DNA of 64,000 bases from Dehalococcoidia bacterium (GCA_965197665.1 CBDANO010000003.1:483947-547946), one strand, 5' to 3'; counted from the stretch's first letter, positions 40,038 to 50,133 are shown. Notes: generated by a model not told the origin, from the sequence alone. Numbers and translations are program-made.

Positions 40038-41888
40038 ATGTCAACGAACCCGGCCAAAGGCGAGGGCATTGTTCAAAAGATCTCCGTAGACCCGATTACA
40101 CTCCAACTTTTTCACGGCTCTCTGCGTTCGGCGCGGCTGGAGTGCGAGCTGATAATCGAACGGACGGCCATGTCGGCTTTCATACGGGAAAAGAAGGACT
40201 ACACCGTCAGCTTCCTGGACCGTCGGGGGCAAGAAATATATGGCGAGACCATGGGCAGCGACATATTAGGCTGTGTGTGGGAATGCTACCCCCCGGAGAC
40301 CATGCACCCCGGGGATGTGTACTGGTATAACGATCCATACATCTCACGGGGCAGCATCAGCCACACCCCTGATATGGTGTTCATAACGCCCGTTTTCTTT
40401 GAAGAGGAACTGGTGGCCTACTGTCACTCCTTCGCCCACTTCTGGGACCTGGGGGGCTCCCGCCCCGGCAGCATTGGGCCGGCCAACACCGAGATATTTC
40501 ACGACGGCACCCTGGTGCCACCCATCAGGATAGTTGATCAGGGAAAGCTGAACGACGAAGCTTACCGGATCATCCTGCGCAACTCCCGCTACCCCGACCT
40601 GCTGGAAGGTGACAGCCGGGCTTTGATGGCGGCGGCGCAGCGGGCCGAAGAACGGGTCCTGGAAATCTTTCGCCGCTTCGGCAAAGAGACCACCCTGGCA
40701 GCCATCCGCCAGGACCGGGAGGAAACGGCAGAATTCATCCACCAGAAGACGCTGGAAATGATACCGCCTGGGAACTACACCACTCGTGACTACATGGACA
40801 ACGACGGAGTGGGCGCTGAGTGGCACTCCTTCCATCTGGAACTGAGCCGCAAAGGAGACCACATTACCCTGGATGCCACCGAAAGCGACGACCAAGCCCC
40901 CGGCTCCATCAACTTCATGGCCAGCGACGGCACCATTGGGGCCTATTTCGGCCAGCACTTTCACCAGTACGACCCGTCCCTCACCATGAATCAGGGACTG
41001 TTGGCGGCAGTGGCCGAAGTGAAGCTACGTCCGGGCAGTATCCTACAACCCCAGTGGCCTGCGGCGCTGGGTTGCCGCGCCCACACCTTCACCAAGCTGA
41101 AAAATGCCGTTCGTGCCGTCATCGCCAGGGCCAGTGGCGGAAACACCATGGCGGCAATGGCAGTGTACGTGATCGCTTACTGGCGCATGAAGGATGCCGA
41201 GTCGGGAGAGTGGATGCTGTGCACGGACGGCATTGCGGTTGGGCATGGCGCCCGTCCCAGCGCCGACGGCATCGACGCCGTTTACAGCAGCCACAACGAA
41301 AACTACCCGGCAGAGTTCATGGACATGGAGTACCCCCTGAGAATGGAGCGGTACGCCATCAACCCCGACTCCGGCGGACCAGGCAAGTACCGCGGCGGCT
41401 GCGGAATCATCCGGGATGTCCGGCTGCTGGCTCCCGAAGGGACATTCGGGCTGCGGGTAGAGAACAACCGGTTCCCGGCCTGGGGCGTCGCCGGAGGCAA
41501 GGCCGGAGGCACGTCCAAAGTGATTCTGAATCCCGGGTGTGAGGGCGAAAGAAATATCCGTCCTTTTTCCGACGACAATCCTTGGCAGGCCGGCGATCTG
41601 GTGAGAATCTACACCGCCGGCGGAGGCGGCTGGGGCGATCCCCTGGAACGGGAAATTCACCTGGTCGAAAAGGATGTGCGGGGCGGCTTCGTCTCTCTGA
41701 AATCGGCGCGTTCAGAATACGGGGTTATAATTGACCCGGAAACGCTGAAAATAGACGGCCCCGGCAGCCTGGCCCTTCGGAAAGACCTCCGGCAGGGGCG
41801 GGAGCGACCCAAGCTGTTCCACCGTTTCATCTACTTCGACGAGGAGGAGGAGGAGCGGCGCTGGATTGAGCACCACCTACCGCGGTAG
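40038..41888 (+). CDS. Hydantoinase/oxoprolinase subunit B
   Basis: NDPY...HTPD, HFWDLGG, DSGGPGKYRGG, GGGGWGDPLER. Confidence 0.93.
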   Translation: MSTNPAKGEGIVQKISVDPITLQLFHGSLRSARLECELIIERTAMSAFIREKKDYTVSFLDRRGQEIYGETMGSDILGCVWECYPPETMHPGDVYWYNDPYISRGSISHTPDMVFITPVFFEEELVAYCHSFAHFWDLGGSRPGSIGPANTEIFHDGTLVPPIRIVDQGKLNDEAYRIILRNSRYPDLLEGDSRALMAAAQRAEERVLEIFRRFGKETTLAAIRQDREETAEFIHQKTLEMIPPGNYTTRDYMDNDGVGAEWHSFHLELSRKGDHITLDATESDDQAPGSINFMASDGTIGAYFGQHFHQYDPSLTMNQGLLAAVAEVKLRPGSILQPQWPAALGCRAHTFTKLKNAVRAVIARASGGNTMAAMAVYVIAYWRMKDAESGEWMLCTDGIAVGHGARPSADGIDAVYSSHNENYPAEFMDMEYPLRMERYAINPDSGGPGKYRGGCGIIRDVRLLAPEGTFGLRVENNRFPAWGVAGGKAGGTSKVILNPGCEGERNIRPFSDDNPWQAGDLVRIYTAGGGGWGDPLEREIHLVEKDVRGGFVSLKSARSEYGVIIDPETLKIDGPGSLALRKDLRQGRERPKLFHRFIYFDEEEEERRWIEHHLPR

Positions 41889-41889
41889 G

Positions 41890-42401
41890 CGAACCGAGCG
41901 CTATCTTTTCGCCCGGAGGAGGCTGGTAAGGGACTGTGGAATGATGGGTGGAAGGCTTCGTTTTGATGCGGGCCCTCGGAGGGGATGCGCTAGTCCGCCC
42001 GGGTTGCGGCACGGTTTCGTTGGTTCTGGCACGCTTGGGTATCTTGTTACGCAGCATTAGGCCCACCTTCCAATAAAGCCGGTTGGACGCTTTGTGATCC
42101 ACCGTCCAACCCTCCCGCTGCAGGAGTACATGAAGACGCCGGTAGCCGTAGCTCACCCTGACCTGGGCCAAGTATTTGGGCATAATTCTTGCAGCCGCCT
42201 GCTCGTCCGCCACACTCCGATGCCAGTGGGAGGCTCTGGGCAGGATCAGAACCTCGCAGGCCCTCCGCTCGTTCGCGCGGTAGGCGACCTGCTCCGGGCT
42301 GTACCTGGAATTCTTCGTTGGACGATCATCCTTCTCCATTCAGTTTAGATGATCCCACAAAACTCGCTTTGTGGCTGGCTCAGTTTTGGGGAGGCAGATT
42401 A
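41890..42401 (-). pseudogene. Degenerate IS3-family element (left end plus orfA/orfB remnant)
   Basis: RRACEVL..PR, YGYRRLHVLLQREGW..DHK...RLY...GL; IS3-like end near 42400. Confidence 0.75.
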
Positions 42402-42514
42402 CCTGGACAACGACACTTCCCTTTGCTCAGAGTGATGTGGGAAAATGATTTGGGGTGCATAGGAGGTCTCCAGGGTGGCGTGCTGAAGGGAGGAGGCGTA
42501 AGCACCCACCCCGA

Positions 42515-42543
42515 TTGACACTCCTGCGGCCCACGGCGATAAT
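42515..42543 (+). promoter_or_regulatory. Sigma70-type promoter
   Basis: TTGACA-N17-GATAAT upstream of an RBS and ATG 42572. Confidence 0.65.
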
Positions 42544-42571
42544 CCCAAGAACTCCTATGGAGGGCAAGGGT

Positions 42572-42616
42572 ATGCCTAAAAGTGCGGACGTAGTTGTGAT
42601 TGGCGTCGGTGTGGTA
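42572..42616 (+). pseudogene. FAD-oxidoreductase N-terminal stub cut by an IS21 end
   Basis: MPKSADVVVIGVGVV (compare MEKTADAVVIGGG at 6401) ends where TGTCAAG begins. Confidence 0.65.
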
Positions 42617-42649
42617 TGTCAAGGGCGGAGAGAAATTAGGCCGCTGGGG

Positions 42650-44291
42650 TGTCGACGCTCAGGGATTCTGTCCGCCTAAGTGTCAAGGGGAAATGTCCTC
42701 TATGTAGATAGCCATGCTAGCAGATCACGGTACTTCCGACGTTGCGCGAGCGCGCGACATGGGTGGGCTTTCAGCGTGCATGTACTTCCTCACGGTGTCT
42801 CTGTGTATGCCCAGTTCCCGGGCGATCCCACGAATGGACAGCCCCTTGCGCTTCGCCTTCTGCACCGCCTTCCATCTCGCCGTCTGAAGTGGGGTGGGCT
42901 TTCCGGATCGCGGAGTCGCAGTCCTGCGAACTCTTGCGGCGCCGTTGCGGTCAGCATCGTCACGGAGTTTGTCCACTTCGAGGATTGTGCCCATTGACGC
43001 CACTTCGTCCTCCGACCTCCTGATGACACCGTTGGTGTGGCGGCTGGGAACAGTCGTGTGTACGGTCCTCGTGTCGAAGCTGCGCAGGATACTTGGACGG
43101 GGAGGCGCTTCCTGGGAGGCGACTACACGCCCTTCGTGTTGCACTGCGAGTCGTCCGTCCAGCCCTTCGAGCACATCCACCACCGACCCGGCATAGCTCG
43201 GTCGACCCCTATCGGGAAGCAGCTGCAGGGTACGCCAGCGGTACTTCACAGTGTTGTCCCGGCCAACCCTGCGCCTGTACTTCAGGCATAGGACTGTGTC
43301 CAGGCACATCCCCGGCTCCAGGACCCGATACGCGGTCTCTGCGTGCCGCGACGGCACACCAAAACGTTCATTGAAGCGGGGAAGGAAGTCATCGAGCACG
43401 CGGTTAGCGTCATCGATGGTGGTTGCACGTGCGAGTCTCAGCTCCGTGACCAGCCTGTCCTGGAGGGTGCCCGCGGTGCGTTCCACCCGGCCTTTGGCTT
43501 GCGGCGATCGTGCGAATATCAGTTCTACGCCAAGCTCACCCATCGCGCGAGAGAACTGGGTGGGAGCGGCGGCAGTCTCCGACGGTGGCGTGTGCTTGAA
43601 GACGCCATGGCGGTCTGCATAGAGTGCGAGCGGTATGCCGTAGCTCTGTATCAAGTCCCGCAACAGCAGTAAGTAGCTGCGTGTGTTCTCGTACTCACAG
43701 AACAGGGCATTGACGACACAACCCGTAGCATCGTCGACCGCCAGCAGCAACGTGAACTGGGGGCCATCTTCTCCCAGCCATCTGTGGTAGCTGCCGTCGA
43801 TCTGCATCAGCATTCCCTCCAGGGCCATCCGCTGCCGTCGAACACGATGCTTCGGCGGCCTGGGCCGGCGAGGGCTGTTCACACCGACGTCAGTCAGTAT
43901 CTTGCGCAACGTGTTACGACCGATGTCTATGCCCTCTCGCTCCCTCAGCAGCTCACTCAGGTGCGTGTGGTTGACTCCCGCGTATCGGGTCCGCGCCGGA
44001 AGCACCACGTCGGTCGCCAACGGGTCCGGTGTAGCGTTGGCTGGTCTGCGACCTCGGTTGCCGTGAGCGAGTGCGGCTGCGCCGTCCCTTTTGTAAGCCG
44101 CCAGAATGCGCCTGGTGTGGCGCGCGCTCACTCCCATCAATGTCGCTGCCTGCTCTAAGGTCATATGGTCCGCCATCAAACTGTTGAGAACCTGAAGCCT
44201 CGTCTGCTCTTTCTGCGTCAATGTCACATTCTCCATGATGTGGACATTTTCCCTTGACAGTTAGTGAGGACGGAATCGCTGGCCTTCGACA
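42650..44291 (-). mobile_element. IS1202/ISNCY-type insertion sequence
   Basis: About 50-bp imperfect IRs TGTCGAcgctcagggattctgtcc...tgtcaaggggaaatgtcc versus TGTCGAaggccagcgattccgtcc...tgtcaagggaaaatgtcc. Confidence 0.85.
42725..44236 (-). CDS. ISNCY/IS1202-type DDE transposase with extra C-terminal HTH
   Basis: N-terminal HTH, HGNRGR, QIDGSYHRW, AVDDAT, YADRH, SPQAKGRVER..TLQDRL; C-terminal SIRGIARELGIHRDTVRKY. Confidence 0.9.
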   Translation of the reverse strand: MENVTLTQKEQTRLQVLNSLMADHMTLEQAATLMGVSARHTRRILAAYKRDGAAALAHGNRGRRPANATPDPLATDVVLPARTRYAGVNHTHLSELLREREGIDIGRNTLRKILTDVGVNSPRRPRPPKHRVRRQRMALEGMLMQIDGSYHRWLGEDGPQFTLLLAVDDATGCVVNALFCEYENTRSYLLLLRDLIQSYGIPLALYADRHGVFKHTPPSETAAAPTQFSRAMGELGVELIFARSPQAKGRVERTAGTLQDRLVTELRLARATTIDDANRVLDDFLPRFNERFGVPSRHAETAYRVLEPGMCLDTVLCLKYRRRVGRDNTVKYRWRTLQLLPDRGRPSYAGSVVDVLEGLDGRLAVQHEGRVVASQEAPPRPSILRSFDTRTVHTTVPSRHTNGVIRRSEDEVASMGTILEVDKLRDDADRNGAARVRRTATPRSGKPTPLQTARWKAVQKAKRKGLSIRGIARELGIHRDTVRKYMHAESPPMSRARATSEVP

Positions 44292-44391
44292 CAAGTGGCG
44301 GAGGAAAAGTGTCCCACCATAGTTACGGGAAGAGCATCCTTGGCGAGGGTGGGACGGCAGAAGAGGGGAGGGGAAAGAGTACCGTAGTGAG

Positions 44392-44662
44392 CTAGGAGTG
44401 GTCCGGTTCATCCGGGGTCTGGGATGGGGCGTTCTCGCGGCTACGCTTGAGGCGATAGCTATCGCCGTTCATCTCCAGGATGTGGACGTGGTGAGTCAGG
44501 CGGTCCAGCAGCGCCCCGGTCAGCCGCTCCGAGCCGAAGACCTCGGTCCACTCGTCGAAGGGGAGGTTGGTGGTCACCAGGATGGAGCCCCGCTCGTAGC
44601 GCTGGCTGAACACTTCGAAGAGGAGTTCCGCTCCGGTGGGGGACAGGGGGAAGAAGCCCAGC
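44392..44662 (-). pseudogene. istB: IS21 helper ATPase IstB, 3' fragment
   Basis: AELLFEVFSQRYERGSILVTTNLPFDEW...ALLDRLTHH..ILEMNGDSYR. Confidence 0.9.
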
Positions 44663-44705
44663 GGTTCCGTTTGCTTTTGGTGTCTTCGCAGTTTAACATG
44701 GTCGG

Positions 44706-45092
44706 ATGCGCTGGCCCCGGAATGTGTTTACTCCCAGGCGAACCGGGGTCGGAGTGCTTTGGACGGCCTTCGAGGTTTGGACTGATGTTCTTCCGTGGGA
44801 TAGTGCGGAGGAAAAATTGAGTGCCATTTCCTCGATAGGAGCGGTTATTGCCCCACCGTTGGCTATGTTCACCACCATTGTTGTTGGTGGGTGGCTACTC
44901 GGGGAGTTGGCTGAGCGAGTTAGATTTCTCCTAAGTGATGGGCCAAGCAGGTTGAAATTTAAGGCGTTGGCTCCGGCTATTCGCTCTTGCAAAGACAATC
45001 TTGTTGTGCATTATGAAGCCAATCGCTCGGTTGTTAGCCCTTTCCGTAGCGCAGGGGAGGCGGGGAGCTTCACCGTGGAGATAAATCTATTG
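44706..45092 (+). pseudogene. Membrane hypothetical protein, truncated by IS3
   Basis: Lower-GC ORF with a hydrophobic segment, following the IS6-like end at 44663 and running into the IS3 left end. Confidence 0.4.
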
Positions 45093-45197
45093 TGTAGGTC
45101 GTCAGCGATAATGGGACAACAGAGGGGGTAGAAAAACCCGAGGGATTTGAGGTCAGCTCCCTGTATGAGGTAGGGTACTTCAGATAGAGGAGTTGAT

Positions 45198-45605
45198 ATG
45201 TCCCAGACAGAAACAGGTAAAGCAACCGCCGCCGATGAACGCACAGAGGCGGCCAGGTCCTTCGTCAGAACTGTTAAGGCCGCTACTAGGCGCAAGTACA
45301 CCCCGGAAGAGAAGATTCGTATAGTGCTGGAGGGCTTCCGCCGCGAGGCCACCGTGAGTGACCTGTGTCGGCGGGAGGGCATCAAGCCTCACTCCTACTA
45401 CTCCTGGACCAAGGAGTTCATGGAGGCGGGGAAGGAGAGGCTTACCCGCGACAGCGTGCGAGACGCCACCCGGGACGAGGTCCATCTGCTAAAGCGAGAG
45501 AACGGAGAGCTGAAGCAGCTGGTCGCCGATCTGTCCCTCGAGGTCTATCGTCTCAAAAAAACGGCCATACCCATGCCTCAGGGCGCCGGCGGTATCGGCG
45601 GATGA
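45198..45605 (+). CDS. IS3 transposase OrfA
   Basis: RRKYTPEEKIRIVLEG..SDLCRREGI...YYSW HTH plus leucine zipper. Confidence 0.9.
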   Translation: MSQTETGKATAADERTEAARSFVRTVKAATRRKYTPEEKIRIVLEGFRREATVSDLCRREGIKPHSYYSWTKEFMEAGKERLTRDSVRDATRDEVHLLKRENGELKQLVADLSLEVYRLKKTAIPMPQGAGGIGG

Positions 45606-46588
45606 GTGGCGCAGAGAAGGCGGAGGTGCTGGACAAGGTGGCTTCCTCCAGCCTCCCTAAACGCAGGACCCTGGGTGAGCTGGGAGTCCCCAGGAGCACC
45701 TACTACCGGTGGCTGAGGCGGAAGGAGCAGCAAGGACTTGAGGACGACGTGGGAGGCGGCAATCCCCCATGGAACAAGCTGACTTCCCAGGAGATCGACT
45801 CCGTTCTGTCGGCAGCCAGGGATATGCCAGACCTGAGCTGCCGGCAGTTGGCCGCATGGACCACCGACAACATGGGTTTCTCCGTATCAGAGTCTACGGT
45901 CTACCGCATCCTGCGCAGGGAGGGGCTGGTGAAGAGGCCTGAGATGCGGCTGGCTGCGGGTAAGGAGTACCATCGCAAGACCACCGGCCCCCACCAGATG
46001 TGGGCCACCGATGCCTCCTACTTCAGGGTGGTGGGCTGGGGCTACTACTACATGGTCACCGTCATGGACGACTACTCCCGGTTCATTCTGGCCCACAAGC
46101 TTCAGAGAGACATGACCTCCGACTCCTTCATAGAAGTGGTCCAGGAGGCCGTGGACAGGACTGGCATGGACCAGGTGCCGATAGAAGACCGGACCAGGCT
46201 GCTGAGCGACAACGGCCCCGGCTATGTATCCCGGGCTTTCAGGGACTACCTGGGCATGGTGGGAATCAAGCACATACTGGCAACACCCTTCCACCCTCAG
46301 ACCAACGGCAAGCTGGAGCGATACCACCAGACCCTCAAGCGTGACGTGAACCAACTGCCGTACGAGATGCCTTCCGACCTGGAGGCGGCCATCGTGGCCT
46401 TCGTCAGCTACTACAATTACCGGCGCTACCACAAGGCCCTGGGCAACGTGACACCTTCGGATGTGCTACGGGGCAGAAGAGAGGAGATTCTACGACGGAG
46501 GAAGGAGGTGCAAGCCCAGACAATCCAACGGCGAAGACGGCACAACAGGACCCTAAGGGAGCTGGCTAGACCTCAATCAGGTCCCTGA
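45602..46588 (+). CDS. IS3 transposase OrfB (rve DDE domain)
   Basis: WATDASY, VMDDYSR, LSDNG, HPQTNGKLERYH. Confidence 0.9.
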   Translation: MSGAEKAEVLDKVASSSLPKRRTLGELGVPRSTYYRWLRRKEQQGLEDDVGGGNPPWNKLTSQEIDSVLSAARDMPDLSCRQLAAWTTDNMGFSVSESTVYRILRREGLVKRPEMRLAAGKEYHRKTTGPHQMWATDASYFRVVGWGYYYMVTVMDDYSRFILAHKLQRDMTSDSFIEVVQEAVDRTGMDQVPIEDRTRLLSDNGPGYVSRAFRDYLGMVGIKHILATPFHPQTNGKLERYHQTLKRDVNQLPYEMPSDLEAAIVAFVSYYNYRRYHKALGNVTPSDVLRGRREEILRRRKEVQAQTIQRRRRHNRTLRELARPQSGP

Positions 46589-46816
46589 TCTCTCGGGTCC
46601 CAAGGTGTCCCATTTTTGCTGGTTGCCAACAGTGGCTACAAAAGGGAGTGCTGGCTCCCCGAGTAAACGCCATGCCTTTGTTTTAATCCGTCTCAAAAAA
46701 CCACAAACAGTATCAATTACCTTGAGATTCACCACGATCATAGTATCAAATAGGACATTGTAATCTCTTGGCGTATCATTTATTATCTTAGAAAAGGTGA
46801 TAACGGAAATGATAAT

Positions 46817-47983
46817 ATGGATAGGCCAAAGCGGTTGTCAGCAGCATTTGTCAAGACCGTCAACACGCCGGGACGGTACGGCGACGGGCGCGGCGGATTC
46901 GGCCTAAGCCTGCTGGTAAAGGCATCCAGCACGGGGAGGCTTGCTAAGTCCTGGGCGCAGCGTCTGAGGATCAACGGTCAGCCTTTCAACATCGGCCTGG
47001 GCTCTTTCCCCATCGTAACACTTGCCCGAGCCCGTGAGCTAGCACTCGCTAATGCCCGGGCTGTCGAAAGCGGCGCCGATCCGCGCGTTAAGGCATCCGC
47101 CATTCCGACGTTTGCTGACTGCTTGGAGCGGACCATCACGGTACTGCGGCCCGGCTGGCGGAATCCCAAGACTGAGAAGAATCTGCGGGCAGTAATGGCC
47201 GAGTACGTGCTGCCCGTCGTCGCGCGGAAGCCTATCGACGGAATCACCCCGGCCGACGTACTGCGATTCCTGGCACCGCTTGCCCTAAACAAGCCGGCTA
47301 TCGCCAAGAAAGCCAAGATGGGGCTGTCACAGACCTTCAAATGGGCGATAGCCCAGGGCCTACGGGCCGACAATCCGGCGAACCAGAACATCGCCGCGGG
47401 CTTACCAAAGCTCAGTACGAAAGAACATCACCGGGCCTTGTCATTCGGGGAAGTCGGCGGAGCACTTCAGACGGTGCGAAATTCCGGCGCATGGCTAGGT
47501 ACTAAGCTGGCGTTTCAATTCCTGGTACTGACGGCCGCCCGTAGCGGTGAGGTCCGGCTGTCTACCTGGAGCGAGATTGATCTAAAGGTGGCTCTATGGA
47601 CGATTCCGGCGGACCGTATGAAGTCTGGGCGTGAGCATCGCGTACCGCTGAGCGCCGACGCTATGTCTGTCCTAGAGCGCGCCCGCGAGCTGTCCGATGG
47701 TACGGGGCTGATATTCCCAAGCAGCAGGGGCAAGACGTTGACAGATTCGACGATCTCAAAACTGCTGAGAGAGAACAGGATTGATGCTGTTCCGCACGGA
47801 TTCCGTAGCAGCTTTCGGAACTGGTGCGCCGAACAGAACATCGACCGCCAGGTAGCGGAATCGGCCCTTGCTCATACGGTAGGAGATGCTACTGAGGCGG
47901 CTTATCTGCGTTCCGATATGCTGGCGCTGAGGCGCGCAGCTATGGACGCGTGGGCGGCCTATCTATTACGACTTCCTTTATAA
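46817..47983 (+). CDS. P4-like tyrosine integrase
   Basis: Arm-binding N-terminus (PGRYGDG..GLSLLV, IGLGSFP.VTLA.AR); TAARSGE, K..REHRVPL, PHGFRSSFR, LAH, AAY. Confidence 0.93.
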   Translation: MDRPKRLSAAFVKTVNTPGRYGDGRGGFGLSLLVKASSTGRLAKSWAQRLRINGQPFNIGLGSFPIVTLARARELALANARAVESGADPRVKASAIPTFADCLERTITVLRPGWRNPKTEKNLRAVMAEYVLPVVARKPIDGITPADVLRFLAPLALNKPAIAKKAKMGLSQTFKWAIAQGLRADNPANQNIAAGLPKLSTKEHHRALSFGEVGGALQTVRNSGAWLGTKLAFQFLVLTAARSGEVRLSTWSEIDLKVALWTIPADRMKSGREHRVPLSADAMSVLERARELSDGTGLIFPSSRGKTLTDSTISKLLRENRIDAVPHGFRSSFRNWCAEQNIDRQVAESALAHTVGDATEAAYLRSDMLALRRAAMDAWAAYLLRLPL

Positions 47984-48108
47984 TTAGCTTTGATTATATT
48001 ATTGATTCCACTTCTGTTATAACACGGACTTCCGGTTTCGTCAACCTATTGACACCAGATGGATGTATCCGGTACCTTCTTCATCGAGATGCGACTAAAG
48101 GAGGCAGA

Positions 48109-48294
48109 ATGCTAGCCATCGATCAGCTACTGCGAGTAGATGAAGTTTGTGCGATCCTAGCGATCTCACGAGCAAGCCTCTACAGGATGATCAAGGACGG
48201 TAGGTTTCCGCGTGGTGTCCCAGTCGGGGCGGGTGCAGTTCGCTGGAGGAGATCCACTGTTGATGCTTGGCTCGAAAATCTGCCCAGTAGGTAA
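48109..48294 (+). CDS. AlpA-family phage regulator / excisionase
   Basis: LLRVDEVCAILAISRASLYRMIKDGRFP...AVRW; AGGAGG RBS. Confidence 0.9.
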   Translation: MLAIDQLLRVDEVCAILAISRASLYRMIKDGRFPRGVPVGAGAVRWRRSTVDAWLENLPSR

Positions 48295-48414
48295 TAGATC
48301 GAGCAAAAATATGGCCGTCGTCTTTTAGGTGCGTCCGATCTGGAAGAACAAGCCCCGGCGGGGAAGCAGAGCGCGGACCCCGGCGGCTAGGAGCCTTCAC
48401 CGAGGACTCCCCTG

Positions 48415-48484
48415 GGTTCCGTTTGCTTTTAGAGGATGGGGTTCCTCCGGCATGGTAGCTCATCCCTCATAAGCAAACGAAAGC
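48415..48484. mobile_element. 70-bp MITE-like element with IS6-like ends (copy 1, right end has 2 mismatches)
   Basis: GGTTCCGTTTGCTT-N42-AAGCAAACGAAAGC. Confidence 0.75.
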
Positions 48485-48617
48485 TCCCGAATTAAACACC
48501 AGCGCTGGGTGAGTTAAGGGGGTACTCCTCCGCCTTGCCGGTATCTCCAGGCAGGATAATGAAGTCTCGCCGATCCCGGCACAGCGGTGCTTGGTTGATG
48601 ACGTAGTCGCCACCGGG

Positions 48618-48687
48618 GGTTCCGTTTGCTTCTAGGGTATGGACTATCTAGCCGTAGGCACGTTACACGCTAGAAGCAAACGGAACC
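48618..48687. mobile_element. 70-bp MITE-like element with IS6-like ends (copy 2)
   Basis: GGTTCCGTTTGCTT-N42-AAGCAAACGGAACC. Confidence 0.85.
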
Positions 48688-48775
48688 CTATGACAGACTG
48701 TAGGATTTCCCGCAACACTGAAGCGTCAATTGTTGCCGCCTCGTGAAGTGCCGCGTTATAATCAAGGCGCGGTGG

Positions 48776-49465
48776 ATGTCTGGTGAGAACATGACCCAAC
48801 CTGCCGGTATGATGGACGCATTCGCTGCTGGTGAACTGGAATCGCTGTCGGTTGCGTTCCACATGAGTAGTGGCGAGGCGGCGCAGTTGGAGTCCTGGCT
48901 CCAAGAGTTCGACACCGGCTGGCCTGACAGAAGTTTCTTCCTGTTCGACGCTGACCCTATTGGCGCGGACGAACTGATCACCACGCAGCTCTGGCTCAGC
49001 TCTTGCGACCTCGATGATGTAGACGACTACGTGCTGGTTATGGTCGATTGGGCCACAGAGGCAGTCTTGCGGAATGGATTGAGTGAAATCCAACAGGCGG
49101 AAGTCGATGGATTGGGGAAGGTCACAAACATCCTGGGAACGGTGGCTAAACTGGTCGGAAGTGGCACGTTCCGATGCACAAGCTCGTACCTGCTGGACCG
49201 GTCGAACTGGGAGCCTGTCATAGCCTTGCCCCTGATGCGGATCAACATACCCGGGACCTCGTTGCAACAAATATCAGGTGTGCGATTCAGCGCCGGTCGC
49301 CCGGCTGTGCACCATTCTGCTACTTTAGAAATAATGGACAACGACACCCTGAAGGTAATACTGGAGTTTGTCTCCAAGGGGGGCGGCCCGCCCGAGGGGT
49401 TCTTTGATGCAGTGCTCCCAGACTCTGACAGGATGAGGAATTGCATTGTCACTCACGAAGATTAA
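48776..49465 (+). CDS. Hypothetical protein
   Basis: Acidic ORF of about 230 aa, co-oriented with the TA pair; start uncertain. Confidence 0.6.
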   Translation: MSGENMTQPAGMMDAFAAGELESLSVAFHMSSGEAAQLESWLQEFDTGWPDRSFFLFDADPIGADELITTQLWLSSCDLDDVDDYVLVMVDWATEAVLRNGLSEIQQAEVDGLGKVTNILGTVAKLVGSGTFRCTSSYLLDRSNWEPVIALPLMRINIPGTSLQQISGVRFSAGRPAVHHSATLEIMDNDTLKVILEFVSKGGGPPEGFFDAVLPDSDRMRNCIVTHED

Positions 49466-49544
49466 GGCACCATCTGGCATATACCACCGTCGGCTGGTTG
49501 GGCGGGGCTTGTCGTTGCGCCATCTGGAAAAAGCCAAATACGCC

Positions 49545-49844
49545 ATGACATTCACATTGTCCCCCAATGAGGAGGACCTGACCGACGCCCTGTACGAGCT
49601 CCCGACTCCCCTCATGGTGAAGCGACTCATTGAGTTGATGCCACCCAAGGAACTGCGGGAGTTCACCGAGGGGATGGTGAACGACACGACCGAGGCGGTA
49701 AAGACCCTCAGGCCCATTGAAGTCGCGAACACCATCAACGACTGGGTCGCGACAGCCGAGGAAATGGTCACGAACCGCAGAAGCCATCGGCACATCCGCG
49801 CTGCTAGGGAGCGTGCGGATGCAGTGGTTGGGGTTACGGAATAG
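49545..49844 (+). CDS. Putative antitoxin
   Basis: Small acidic helical ORF ending 2 bp before a RelE-like toxin. Confidence 0.55.
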   Translation: MTFTLSPNEEDLTDALYELPTPLMVKRLIELMPPKELREFTEGMVNDTTEAVKTLRPIEVANTINDWVATAEEMVTNRRSHRHIRAARERADAVVGVTE

Positions 49845-49846
49845 CC

Positions 49847-50125
49847 TTGCCCGACGACCCTCCTCAGTTTGAGGTTTCGATAGACCCGCGGGCTAACAGG
49901 TTCATCAGGAAGAATGACCGACTCCGAGAGGCAGTTCCCAACATCGTGGAGCGTTTGGCCCAAGACCCATTCAAAGGCTCTAATCTCAGGCACTTGAAAG
50001 GTCGTGACAACTGCGCTAGGAGATTGCGGTTGGGGCCGTATCGCATCCTCTACAGGGCGTCACGGCAAAGCCGCAAAGTCGTCATCTATGACGCCGGACT
50101 CAGGTCCAGCGACATCTACAAGTAA
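49847..50125 (+). CDS. RelE/ParE-family toxin
   Basis: FEVSIDPRANRF...LAQDP...LKG...RRLRLGPYRILY...VVIY...R..IYK. Confidence 0.85.
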   Translation: MPDDPPQFEVSIDPRANRFIRKNDRLREAVPNIVERLAQDPFKGSNLRHLKGRDNCARRLRLGPYRILYRASRQSRKVVIYDAGLRSSDIYK

Positions 50126-50133
50126 GCCCCTTC

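Larger units (their letters stand above)
42617..44662 (-). mobile_element. IS21-family remnant (right end plus istB 3' part), interrupted by an IS1202-type element and cut by an IS6-like end
   Basis: End TGTCAAGGGCGGAGAGAAATTAGGCC at 42617; a second subterminal repeat GGCGGAGGAAAAGTG follows 44291; istB fragment at 44392-44662. Confidence 0.72.
45093..46631 (+). mobile_element. IS3-family element, apparently complete (1539 bp)
   Basis: IRs TGTAGGTCGTCAGCGATAATGGGACA versus TGTTGGCAACCAGCAAAAATGGGACA; orfA/orfB overlap with an A7 slippery run near 45555. Confidence 0.88.
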
